A DNA stretch of 64,000 nt from Lama guanicoe (lineage: Eukaryota), in assembly GCA_013239625.1 (NCBI GenBank), contig MU054098.1, positions 372,001 to 436,000 of the forward strand, written 5' to 3'. Below, in pieces: positions 52,581-64,000 of the stretch. Every line of letters starts with the position of its first letter. Positions within the stretch are counted from its first letter, which is position 1. A program made the position numbers and the translations under genes. The notes under the pieces are model-generated. The model worked only from the letters and a program-made list of their open reading frames with translations, was not told where the DNA came from and did not search any database.

Positions 52581-53400
52581 CTTTTTATTATATAAGTTTC
52601 AGGTACAGCATTATAATTCAACATTTATATATACACTACAAAGTGATCATTACCACAAGCCTAGTTACCATCCATCACCATACAGTTTACCCCCTTCACC
52701 TATTTTGCCCTTCCCCAGCCCTCTTTCCTTCTGGTAACCACTAATCTGATATCTGTATCTATCAGATATTTGTGTTCTTTAGATAAATACCCAGAAGTGG
52801 AATAGCTGAGTCATAAGGTAGTCCTTAATTTTTTGAGGAATCTCCGTACTGTTTTCCACACTGGCTGCACCAATTTACAATCCCATCAACAGTGTACAAG
52901 GGTTCCCTTTTCTCCCCATTCTCTGAAGCATTTGTTGTTCTTGTCTTTTCAATAATAACCATTCTAACAGGCAGATGATACCTCATTGTAGTTTTGATAT
53001 ACATTTTCCTAATAATTTGTGATGTTGAACATCTTTTCATGTGCTTTTTGGCCATCTGTATGTCTTCTTTGGAAAAAATGTCTATTTAGATCCTCTGGCC
53101 ATTTTTTAATCAGGTTGTTTTTCTACTGGTGTTAAGATGTATGAATTCTTTATATATTTTGGGTGTTAACCTTTTATCAGATTTGGAAATATCTTCTCCC
53201 ATTCAGTAGGTTGCCTTTTCATTTGGTAACGGTTTCCTTTGCTGTGTGGAAGCTTTTTAGTTTGATGTTGTCTCATTTATTTATTTTTGCTTTTGTTTCC
53301 CTTACCTTTGGATTCAGATCCACAAAAATATCACTAAGACTGATGTCAGTGAGGCTACTGTCTATTGAAGTTTATCACTTTTCATGCTTATATTTTACAA
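52581..53400 (-). mobile_element. L1 3' fragment (ORF2 C-terminus plus 3' UTR)
   Basis: ORF 52825..53055(-) [12 protein letters not shown]...KTTMRYHL...[12 protein letters not shown] is L1 ORF2p C-terminal sequence. Confidence 0.9.
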
Positions 53401-54189
53401 GCTGTATTTTTAAAGTTTACCTCTCAGTACTACATTTGTCACTGAGTATTCATTTCTGCTAGCTGGACTCAACAGTCATGTTTCTTTGAAAAATCATTCT
53501 TTTTATTTTGAATGATTATATATTACATTTGCATAGAGAAAATTAACATATCTGTTTTGCAGATTTGTAAAATACTCTGTATTGAAAACACTGTATTTCA
53601 TTAAATTTTTTATTTTAGAAAATAATTTATTTCTAAAGCAGTTACCTTTGAAGTCTTTCTCTGTGAAGTTTTAGACTATTTCATGTTAAATATAATGCTT
53701 TTATGTTTATGATTCTATTGTAGATATAACATTAATACAGCTTAGAAGCTCTGGTAATTTTGTTCTGTGGAAATGTTAATCAAAAGTATTTTTTAAAAAC
53801 AAATTATAAAGTACTGGGAAATCTTTCACTATTTTCTATACTTGTTTCTTGGTGCTTTTGATATTTGAAAAATGTATTGGTAGATTTAATTGATCTTTTA
53901 CTTTGACTTAGTTATTTCCAAATTCCTTTTCTTTGTATGGAGAAGTTTCACGTGATAAATGCAAGTGGAAATGTTTTTCTTTCCCCTAGATCTTTTCATA
54001 AACCAAGGTATCTCTTTAAAGTTGCTTTTGTACTTTTAGCCTGGTTAATCTGCAGGAATCAAAGAGGAGACTACCACAAATGATCTTGTTTTACTCTGTG
54101 GCCTAGACCCAAGTGTTTTCCGGCCAGACTTGATAAAATAAGGTTTAGTTGACAAAGGGATGAGATGGGACTCTAAATAGTAAGATCTA

Positions 54190-54420
54190 ATATTTAGTGA
54201 GTTCTTATTATGTGTATAGCATTGTACTGTATATTTTCAAGCATTATCTAATGTAATCCTCAGAATAACTGTATGAGATGGGTACTGTAATTATCCTAGT
54301 TTTGCACATAAGGAAAATTTGACCAGAGGTTAAGTGATCTGCCTAAATTTTCCCCTTTCATAGGTGGAAAATCTAGGATTCTAAGTCTGTGCAACATCAA
54401 AGAATGTTGATTCTACTACA
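54190..54420 (-). mobile_element. MIR SINE
   Basis: taatcctcagaataactgtatgagatgggtactg...agaggttaagtgatctgcctaa. Confidence 0.65.
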
Positions 54421-55259
54421 TCATCTATAGGAAATATAGTTCTTTTTTCCTTCTAAGGAATTAATTGTTAGACATCCTTCATTTGCTTATTTTCACAGTT
54501 TAAACAATATTTTCTCTGTGGCCTATGTGTACATTTCTTTTCTGTACTTACATATTTGCATTTTAATTATTTTTCTTGTGTTGAGAAACTTGATGAGAAA
54601 TTTGAAATGGTAAACATAGGTACCATGGCATGTCTTAACACTTGAGTTGTAAAGCACTCATGAAATACTGAGTATCTATTACTTGCCAAGAATTGTGTCC
54701 TAGGTGCCTGGTATGCACTGGTCAATAAGACAGATGTCTATACCCTGAAAGGGCTCACAATTATTGCACTATTCCATATAGAGTGCCTTGTTTAAGAGTT
54801 CTGTTTTCTCAGCCTTCTATGACTCTTAAAAATGTTAAGTACTTTACAGAGTTTATCACTTACTATTTGATTTGTAACTCACCTACTCTTAAAAATAATA
54901 AGATGACTTGCAATAAAAGTAATCAGTGAATTGTATTCAATTGAACAAGAGCTAAGTAATGAATGGGATGGTGGAACAATTACAGCAGAAACCGAGACTC
55001 AAGTCAGTTACTGCAGTTTTATTCAGAACTTAACTCTGAGTCTCCTGCCAGATAAGGATTACATTACTATATCAAGATCATTGTTTCCATAGGCTTTGGA
55101 GATCATTTAGTATTACATTTACTGAACCTGGCCTCAAACACATTCATACCCATAGAAGTATAAATGTTAATATCCATTCAACTGCTTATGACAGGAAATA
55201 GCTAATCATCTTTGATTTTTTTAACCTTATTTTTCATGTTCAAGTCATTAATAAGACTT

Positions 55260-55905
55260 GTCACCTTTATTTCTAGAATACATATCAACTCTGTCTCATT
55301 CTTTCCACCTCCACTGCCAGGACGCCAGCCCAAGCCACCATCATCTCTTGTCTGGACTGCTGCAGTAGACTCCTAACTGACCTTGCTTCCACACTTGCTT
55401 CTCCACTTCACACTCCACATGGCAAACTCAAGTGACCTATTAAAGCCATGAATTATTACGTCATCCCTGTACTTAAAATATCTCACTTATAATAGGCCTG
55501 GGCTTACCTCTCCACTTCAACTCTACTACCTCTCTTCTTACAGTTCACCGTGGTCCAGCCACATGGGTCTCCTTTCTGTTCACTGATCTCACCAATGTAT
55601 CAGGGCCTTTGTATGCTGCCTGAAATGCAGTTCCCCCATGGCTGGCTTCTTATTATTCAACCTGAAAGTCTTCTCCTCAGAAAGTTCCCCCCCCTATTAT
55701 TTTATAACTTAACACCCTGTTTATTTCTTTCATAGTACTTTTCAATGTGACATTTTATTTTATGTGTTTATAATACTGCCATACTAGATTGTAAGGTTCA
55801 TTAGGGCAGGGATCTTAATATGTCTTGTTGATTACATACCTTCAGTCAGTAACACAGTGCCTGGCACCTAGTAGGAATTCAATACAAATGTGAGTTATGA
55901 ATAAA
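55260..55905 (+). mobile_element. L2 3' fragment
   Basis: ccaagccaccatcatctcttgtctggactgctgcagtagactcctaactg...aacacagtgcctggcacctagtagg. Confidence 0.8.
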
Positions 55906-56690
55906 TAAATTTAATTAATATCCCCAGATAACTAAATGAACCTCTCCTCCCTTCTCACTGAACCTAACAAATCCCAAGTCATCATTTATGTTCAGGATTT
56001 CTTATGGCTCCCTTTGTCAACTGCCTCCCCTCACATTAGTTTAAGTTTCCTTTTACACCTTCTCATACACAATTTAAAAAATTATTTACCTAGTATTTGT
56101 TCAGTCAATGAACTATATATCAAAATAACCTAAGACTACATGAAGTTACTTAGAAATGTTAGAGATGGGGTCATTCCTACCTATTCCAGTTTTAAGATAG
56201 TGTTACAGTAAAGGCTGTGAAGAAATAGTAAACCCTGGGAACTGTATGTAGATCATTTAGCATAGTTCATAGATGGCTCCAATCTGTATATTCACAGATC
56301 AGAAGTTTTTCATTAAGTTATGTAAAATTCTTACGTAGTTACTAAGTTCTCAATTGCATGAAAACAGAGAGGTAGTAGTCAAAAGGAGGCCATTTGTGTT
56401 CTTAACAGAGCATTTTTGAGAGGGAGAGAGGATGGAAGAGGAGAGGACAATTTAGAGGAAGTATTTAGGAAACTGATGAATTGTAATCTTGGAGAGAGAG
56501 GGCTTTAACAAATGGAATGAACTGTACTGTGATTCCATCCTGCCTAAATTACGCCTCAGAATTTAGAGTAAAATGTTTTCCAAAGATTGGAATTTCCAAT
56601 GATTTAGATAATTCTTATGACAGATCTTCCTTGGAGTTTTTAAGCTTTGGCACAAAGTTTTAAAGGGTTCCAACTTTAAACTTAAAGTAG

Positions 56691-56714
56691 TTAATTAATT
56701 AATTAATTAATTAA
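56691..56714. repeat. (TTAA)6 microsatellite
   Basis: ttaattaattaattaattaattaa seen directly. Confidence 0.9.
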
Positions 56715-57399
56715 TAAAATGAACTGTAACTGGTAGAATGATTAGTTTTCCAGTAGGAAGGATTCTGGAATCTGTAAAACATGGGGCTCAGTCTACATTG
56801 TGCATTGGTCTTGTCACTGAATGGGATCAAGGGAAATGTAATTATAGTAATGATAAGTTGAGAAAGACTAATTACTAATAATTTTTTTCACTTGATTAAA
56901 AATGTGAGTGAGCACCTATCTTGACCTGTTCCACAGATTATCATTTAACTAGATTAAGTTGTGATTAGATAGATATGACCAAGCATATGTCTACATGTCT
57001 CTAACTTGGAAGGTTGGTGAACCATCAAAGAAGTGTTTTGTTCACATCTCTTCATTAAGATAATTCATTCTACAAAGCAATTGTCAATAGATACGCTATT
57101 CAAAAATATTAGCCAGTGATGGTAGATAAGAGTTTGCAGGTGCTGCAAAAAAGGCTGTGATATTGTAAAGGGGGCTAATTTCCTTATTGCAGAATGTGAT
57201 GCCAAAGCAGAAATATTACTTGATCTTGTACTATAGTTGGTACAAGTTAGTACGAGTTTAAAATGCCTTATATTTATAACACTTTCAAAATGTGATCTGG
57301 GATATATTACTATATTTTTATAAAGGCAATTTATTCAGAAAAGGAAAGATTATTGGTCAAAGTAGAATTCTCAAACCTACTTTGATTACAAGGGTTTAG

Positions 57400-60300
57400 C
57401 AGAGATAACAGAAAACCAACCAAGACATGAAAAGACTGGATATTGGAAATAGTGGGCATAGAATATAAAATTAAAATTTAGAAAATGTTTAAAGAAATTA
57501 AAAATGGAAATCGACAGTTTGACAAAAGACTATAAAAAGGGCCAGGCAGATATTAAAAAAAATCATCAAAATGATCTACAAATTAAAGTTATAATCACTA
57601 AATTTAAAAACTCAGTGAACAGATTTTGGAGCATATTGGAGATAGCTGAAGACAAAATGAAGAAGAAATTACCTGGAATTCATCATAGTGAGAAAAAGAG
57701 AAATTTAGACATGGAAGATAAACAGGAGAATGTCTAATCTTTGTGTAATGGGATTTCCAAGAGGAGAGGTGAAAGAAAATGGGTGAGAGTGAACAGTTCA
57801 ATAGATGAAACCTGAAATTTTCCAAAACGGAAGAAAGGTAATAATTCGTAGATTAAAGAGCCCAACAAATCTCAAGGAAAATAAATAGAGGCCACTATTG
57901 ACAAACCTTGTGGTAAAATACAGAATACCAGAAGAAGGGAAAATGATAAACCACCTAGAGCGAAAAGAGCTACAAAGCATCAGTGATTATGCTGGTTGCT
58001 TATTTCTCCTAAAAAAATGAAAGTTAGAAGACAATAGGATAATATCCTCAGTATCTGATAGAAAATCATTATCAACCTAGGATTGTATAGTTAGAATATT
58101 TTTAAAAATTGAGGCCAAAATAGTATTTATAGACATGTAACAACTAAGATTGTTTACCACCCATAAAGTCACATTAATTAAAGTTTTAAAGGAAGAACTT
58201 TTGGCAGAAGGAGAATGACCTGAAATCATCTGAGATTTAAGAACAAATGATAAATAGGGGTAAAGGTAAATATATAGGTAAATCAAAAGAAATACTGATT
58301 CAATTAAACAATAGCAACAATGGCTAAAGACTATATAGGATACAATTAAAATACCAGACCATATTTAACATATCTTGGAATGAAGATGTGATTTCAGTTA
58401 ATGTTTTATGATGCTTTTCTTTTCAGGAGGAGGTAAGGTTTTTTTTAACTTTCGACTTTAAGCATGCATGAGAAAATACCTAGGGTAACAACTAAAAGAT
58501 TAAAGAACAAGTATTTTAAAATAAGAGGGGAAAATTGCATGAGAAAAAAGTCAATTGAAATGGGAAGATGATGAGAGAAGCACTTTCATATTGATGGAGT
58601 GAGGACATCTGAAAATCCACTCCTTCATAGAAGAAATGGGAACACAGCAAAATTGTCGAAATTAACTTTTTCACAACTCTGAAAATTTACCAAAGGCTTG
58701 CGACAATCCAAGGAACACTTATTTACGAAAACAGCTGAATGTCAGTAAAAAAAAATGGTGAGCATTGTCAAATTTTAACTTGCCTTATTCCCATCCTGTT
58801 TTCCTGAGCTCTGGAATAGCCTTGAAAATCAGCAGCCTCAGGACCATGTGTAAGCTGTAAATCACTGCAGCCTAGCAGACACAGAAGGGAACAGAATTGG
58901 TTTGGAGCTCCCAGATGAGCTTCCTCCCCAGAGAAATGTCACCATTTAACCTTATGGGCAGTTCCCTTGAAAATCCTCATTATCAGGACTGGCCTTTATT
59001 TGACCTGACTCTTGACTTGCTCAATGAGGAAAGCCCTGTCTTCAGGACATTTTTCATTTAAAAAAAAAAAATTAGAGGCAATTGTTTCACATCACATGTC
59101 CTGAGGGTGCAATAATATTTGGGGCAAACAGACAGAAGGCCAAAAAACTTAAAAATCTGGGGAACGAAATGTCCATAGGGATCTTTGAAAAGTTCTGACA
59201 TATTCCTAGGGATCTAGATGACCATGAATATGTGCACATCTGAGCATATACCCAAGAAAGAACTGAGAAGACCGCAATCTCTTCTCTGGCTGACCTTAAA
59301 GCTCTGCAGAAGCAGGAAATAAAGGCTAAGGTGGGATTGTAAACTGCCAAAGTATTGAAGGCATTTTTCAACAAATCATACCTCAGCAAAAGATCAGAGG
59401 CTCACTAGTTTGAGGTGTTTAAGGTAATCTCTGTTTAATCATTAGCTGACCACTAACGTATCTGAACAGAGACTTCAATGGCCACAAAAATCGAAGAATA
59501 TAAACTCTAAAGAATCAGTTCAGAGAAGTCACTAAACAAACAGCAACAACAAATGGTGACTATAACAAATTCTGGGGAAGGAAGAACTGATTTCCAAGTT
59601 GCCACATTATATTATTTAAAACATCCAATTTTCAACAACAAAAATTTACAAGATGCAGAAAGAAACAGGAAAATATGGTACCGACATATAAAATGTAGTC
59701 AATACAAACTACCCCTGAGAAAGCCCAGAATTTTGATATACTACACAATGAATATAAATAAGCAATTATAAAAATGTTACAAGAATAGAAGGAAACCATA
59801 TCTCAAGAATTAAAGGAAGTTTGAGAATAGTGGTCACCAAATAGGAAATATCAATAAAGATAATTTATAAAGTAGAACCAAGTATAAAGTTTGCAGTTGA
59901 AATGCGTGATTCATTAGGGGTAGGCTGAAAAGTACATTTGAGCTGGCAGAGATAATCAGCAATCTTGAAGATAGGACAATTGAGAGGTGAGGAACAGAAA
60001 AAAAGATGAAAAAATTAGTTGAAACCTGTGGGACACAATTAAGCATACTGACTTACACATAAAATTTCCCAAATTTGATGAAAACATTAGTCTACACATC
60101 CAAGAAGTTCAACAAACTCCAAGTAGGATAAACTCAGAGATCTACTCAAAGACAGATTATGGTCAAACTGTCAAAAGACAATGAGAGAAACTTGAAAACA
60201 GCGAGAAAAATGACTATGTACAAGGGGTCCTTAATAAGAGTAACAGCTAACTTCTCATCAAAAAGAATGGAAGCCAGAAGGCAGTGGGATGGCAAAGTGC

Positions 60301-61360
60301 TAAAAGAAAGATTCAATTAAAAATAACTAGCAAAATTATTATTCCAAAGTGAAGGAAAATTAAGATTTTTCTGAGATAAAAATAGAATTTGTCACTAGCT
60401 GACCTGCCCTACAAGAAATACTAAGACCTGAAATGAAAGGACATTAGACAGGAGCTTGAATCCACATGGAGAAATAAAGAGCACCATTGAAGGTAACTAC
60501 ATAGATAAAAATAGAAGTCAGTATAAATGCAACTTTGTAACTCTTCTCTTACCTGACTTGAAAGACTTCTGCATAAAGCAATAATTAGAAAACTGCACTG
60601 TTGGGCTTATAATGTATAAAGATGTAATTTGTATGACAATGATGGAACAAAGTATGGGAGGGACTGGGAAATATTGGGGCAAATTGAATACTATTGAAAT
60701 TAAGTTGGTACTAATCTGAGACTACATTGGTTTAAGGTTAGATGTTAATTGTAACTCTCATGACAACCACTATGAAAATAAATAAAAATAGGTTAAAAGA
60801 AACTAGGGAATGAGAGTGGTACACTAGAAAATATTTAAGAGAAAAGAAGGCAGTAATTGAGGAACAGAGGAACCAAAAAGACACAAGATAAATAGAAAAT
60901 ATTACATTTACATTTGTAAATACAAAACCGCAGTAAGATACCACTTCATGTCCACTGGGATGGCTATAATCAAAAGGACAGACAATAAGAAGTGTTAGTG
61001 CAGATGTGGAGAATTTGGAACCATTGTATATTGCTGGTGGGACTATAAAATGGTGCAGATGCTTTGGAAAACAGTCTGACAGTTCCTCAAATGACTAAAT
61101 ATAGAATTACTATATGACCTAGCAATTCTAATATATGCCCAAGAGAAAGGAAAACATATATCCACACAAAACCTTGTACATGGATGTTTATAGTAGCATT
61201 ATTTATAATAACCAAAAAGAAGAAACAACCCAGATTCATCTATTACATGATGAATGAATAAGCAGAGTTGTATATCCATACAATGGAAAGTTATTAGGCA
61301 GTGAAAAGGAATGATAAACCTTGAAAACATGCCAAGAAGGCAGTCACAAAAGACCATACA
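57400..61360 (+). mobile_element. Sense-oriented degenerate L1 fragments (ORF1 remnants, 5' region, ORF2 end)
   Basis: A-rich; ORF 57504..57737 resembles the ORF1p coiled coil. Other motifs: caagaagttcaacaaactccaagtaggataaac, gaagccagaaggcagtgggat, ctttggaaaacagtctgacagttcctcaaa. Confidence 0.8.
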
Positions 61361-61722
61361 CCATATGAACTAACCAGGAGTCAAATCTTCATTGAATGGA
61401 GGCGTATTAGCGGGAATTGGTAGTTCCACAACCAAAGAAGGTGTGCTTAGAGCTGGACGGCATGAATCAAGCTTTTCACAGGCAATCAGATGTGTGAGGC
61501 TCTAAAAGTAGCATGAAATGAAGAGAACACTGGTCCTATCACTTACCCAGAGCTAAATTGGATGTGGGAGAAATAGCCTCTACTTGACAGTATGGCAAGA
61601 GAAGTATTATCCAGAGTTAAACCTGTTTAGATCCGAGAAGAAAATTGCAGTCAGTGAAGGAGCTTAAATTGTAGCACAGTCTGTTAAAATATAATGGAGA
61701 TTTTAAAAGTATAATGGAGAGG

Positions 61723-61794
61723 TACTTTTCCCCTGACCGAATCTACCACTGATCTATCTTTATCTTTATGGTAGATTCGGTCAGGGGAAAAGTA
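61723..61794. repeat. Perfect 26-bp inverted repeat with 20-nt spacer
   Basis: tacttttcccctgaccgaatctacca (61723-61748) is the exact reverse complement of tggtagattcggtcaggggaaaagta (61769-61794). Confidence 0.97.
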
Positions 61795-62069
61795 ACAGTT
61801 GTTAGAGGAAGAACAGACAGCTGAATGGGAGATGATGAAAGATGACAGGGATGTGTGAATTAAGCTGCTTGACAATTATAAGAAATCCTGGCTTTCCCCT
61901 AATGGATAGTGTCAAACAAGTGTAGGTCCATTACACTTCTGAGAGGATTTGTGTCTTTGCTGGATTCAAGGGAGGGAGTTATTATTTGGCTTGAATTCTA
62001 AGAGGTCTGGCTCATAGCTCTAAAGATTCTGAGTAGATGTGGGGTTCTCATCATCTCTTTCTCATTTCA

Positions 62070-62322
62070 TTAAGTCTTTTGAAGAATCCAAGCTAGATGT
62101 TCTATGGAATGTCCTACATTCTAGATTTACCTTAATTTTTTTGTTATGATTAATTTCAGGTGAAACATATCTAGCAAGAAGATGACATGAGCAGTGTGCG
62201 TAATTCCCACATCATCATATTAGGAGGCACGTTATGTCAAGCCATTCCATTACTGTTGAGGTTAAGCTTCACTACTGGTGACCACCAGTTCTGTCCATTG
62301 TAAAGCATTATTTCCCCTTTGG
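62070..62322 (-). mobile_element. L1MC-like 3' end fragment
   Basis: ttttgaagaatcca...gaatgtcctacattctagattt...aggaggcac...ccattgtaaag...ttccccttt. Confidence 0.55.
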
Positions 62323-62539
62323 TTCAGTCAGCCATAGCTTGAGGGTGCACAGAGTCATTTGGTATAAACCATGGTAATATATACCCAGCAGGGATGTGAG
62401 AAACAGGCAATAAGCCATGTCTGGTGTATACATATAATCCATGTACAATATAAATTGATGAGCTGTAAAAGTATTGCTTATAGGAACATATACCAGGGAG
62501 TACTTATTTCTGTGTGCCTAGGGTGGGGATGGTGGCTGT

Positions 62540-63240
62540 GGAGGAAATAAGGGAAAGCTGTGGAGCAAAAGTAATATTTGAGAGTTGGATCTTCAAAGAT
62601 GAGTTAGAGTTTATTAGTGGTTGAAAGTGGTGAGGGCATCCCAGGCTGAAAGGAAAAGCATGAAGGGAAAAACAAAACAAAACAAAAATATAGGCCTGAG
62701 ATTACATGGTTCAGCTGGGAGGAAAAAGCATCTTGAGCATATAAGATGCACAGAAATGAGTGACTGGAGATGAGGTTGGAAATGTAGACTAGGATAGGTT
62801 ATGAAAACCTCTGAATTCCATGCTAAGGAATTTAGCCATGATTCTGTAAGTAGTGAATGCTAACGAAGGTTTCTAAGCAAAGGGATCTTCATTTTGGGCT
62901 TTTAGAGAGATGTATGGATGGCAGTGTGGCAAAATAAGAGGGAAGATTGGCAAGAAGTCTGAGAGACAGGTTTTTGTGAGTAATGATGAGGGCACAGACT
63001 AGGTGAGTGGCAGTGGCTAGGAAAGGAAGGAACTGATATGAGAGATTTTTTTAGGGATGAAGTCAGAAGTTGATCAGAGGCTACACGTAGGCACTGGGAG
63101 AGGAAGTCAAGAATATTCTAGGCTTTCTGACTTGAATCATTTTAATGGTGATGCCATTACCAATATAAGGAAGGTAGTAGAAGAAGCAGATTTGGGATAG
63201 GGGAGATAAGTTCTATGTATATTGTATTTGAGTTACCTAA
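62540..63240 (-). mobile_element. L2 fragment
   Basis: gggcatcccaggc..., tggagatgaggttgga..., aggctttctgacttga...tggtgatgccattacc. Confidence 0.65.
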
Positions 63241-64000
63241 AATGTACAATTATCTATTGTAGTTTCATTTGATTTTTTCGTCTTTTTTATGAAGCTTTTT
63301 TTCCTCCATTTTATTACATATTTCTGTTTGGATCACAAGGAGTGAACTGGAGTGATGTGAACAACACAAATTTCAATTGGACATGCAGAAAGCAAAATAT
63401 TTTCTTTGACCAAAAGATAACCAGAAAGGAATCAATTGTTCCCTGGGCTATACATTGGCAATCTGATTTTTGTGATATCTGAACAAGCTTAGATTGTTCT
63501 CAAAGGATTTGTGTACCTATTCATTGATGTGCTTTATGAAGTGACTTGAACCATTTAATCTCTCAGTCAAATGAGAAAATCAACCCACAGTTTAATACTT
63601 AACTTTTAAAGATTTGTAAGGCTTAATCAGATAAAATGTTTCCTTAGAAGCCACGGGTTTGTTATACTAGTCCCAAGCAAGGTAAATCAAGTGTTTTTCC
63701 CTCAAATTTCTTTGTTTTTCTGACAAAGCTGTTTTTATTTATTATATCCAATTCCACTGAACTCTCTAATTCAATAGATGCTAAAAATAAATCCCCTAGA
63801 GGAGAAAGAAAATAATGAACAAAGAGAGAAAATAAGCCAGCAGTATGACATTTAGCTGCATGCACAGCTGGCTACACACCGATAAACCACGTCCACAAAG
63901 ACTGGGTTCTGAAGAACATTTCCTTAATTATGGTCACAATCTGTGCCTTCCAAGAATATGTGCAGGCTTTGAACAAAGAGAAGACGTTAGTAGCAAGGTC

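Noticed and set aside
52744..52767. 8-bp inverted repeat (atctgata/tatcagat) at an apparent internal deletion in an L1
   Set aside because: Too short to distinguish from chance.
331..63865. Most short ORFs in the six-frame track as independent genes
   Set aside because: They are 60-140 aa, low-complexity, and fall in introns, repeats or N gaps. Only those overlapping LRCH2 exons, the ATP5MF retrocopy or L1 remnants have recognisable content.
48490..64000. Alternative downstream exon encoding a transmembrane tail, as in some LRCH paralogs, or a second gene
   Set aside because: No suitable internal donor in the last exon and no credible coding exon found. The region after about 52500 is mostly L1/L2/MIR.
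1..64000. CRISPR arrays, tRNA/rRNA genes, CpG-island promoter, intact L1 ORFs
   Set aside because: None seen. The DNA is mammalian intronic/intergenic and CpG-depleted, and all L1 pieces are truncated or degenerate.

Overview
AT-rich, CpG-poor mammalian genomic DNA. It holds the 3' part of LRCH2 (leucine-rich repeats and calponin homology domain containing 2; X-linked in human) on the + strand. Eighteen GT-AG exons (3402-48489) splice in frame into 1677 nt, i.e. 558 aa plus stop, running from the last LRRs through an acidic/Ser-rich linker to the CH domain and ending ...KASQLSTA*. A 3' UTR of about 2.6 kb follows. Exon numbers 4-21 are inferred from my recollection of the 21-exon human gene. 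Features the ORF track misses: an intronic H/ACA snoRNA (SNORA35B-like, 38501-38628), a frame-preserving 78-nt candidate cassette exon (19052-19129), an antisense ATP5MF processed pseudogene (about 34396-34806), a perfect 26-bp inverted repeat (61723-61794) and a dense miRNA seed cluster in the UTR. The rest is L1, L2, MIR and DNA-transposon relics, microsatellites and two N gaps. The young L1 3' ends look camelid-like to me, and I saw no Alu, B1, Bov-tA, PRE1 or SINEC; the species call is inference only. I found no convincing evidence of a wholly new biological system. Repeat boundaries and subfamily names are by eye and approximate.
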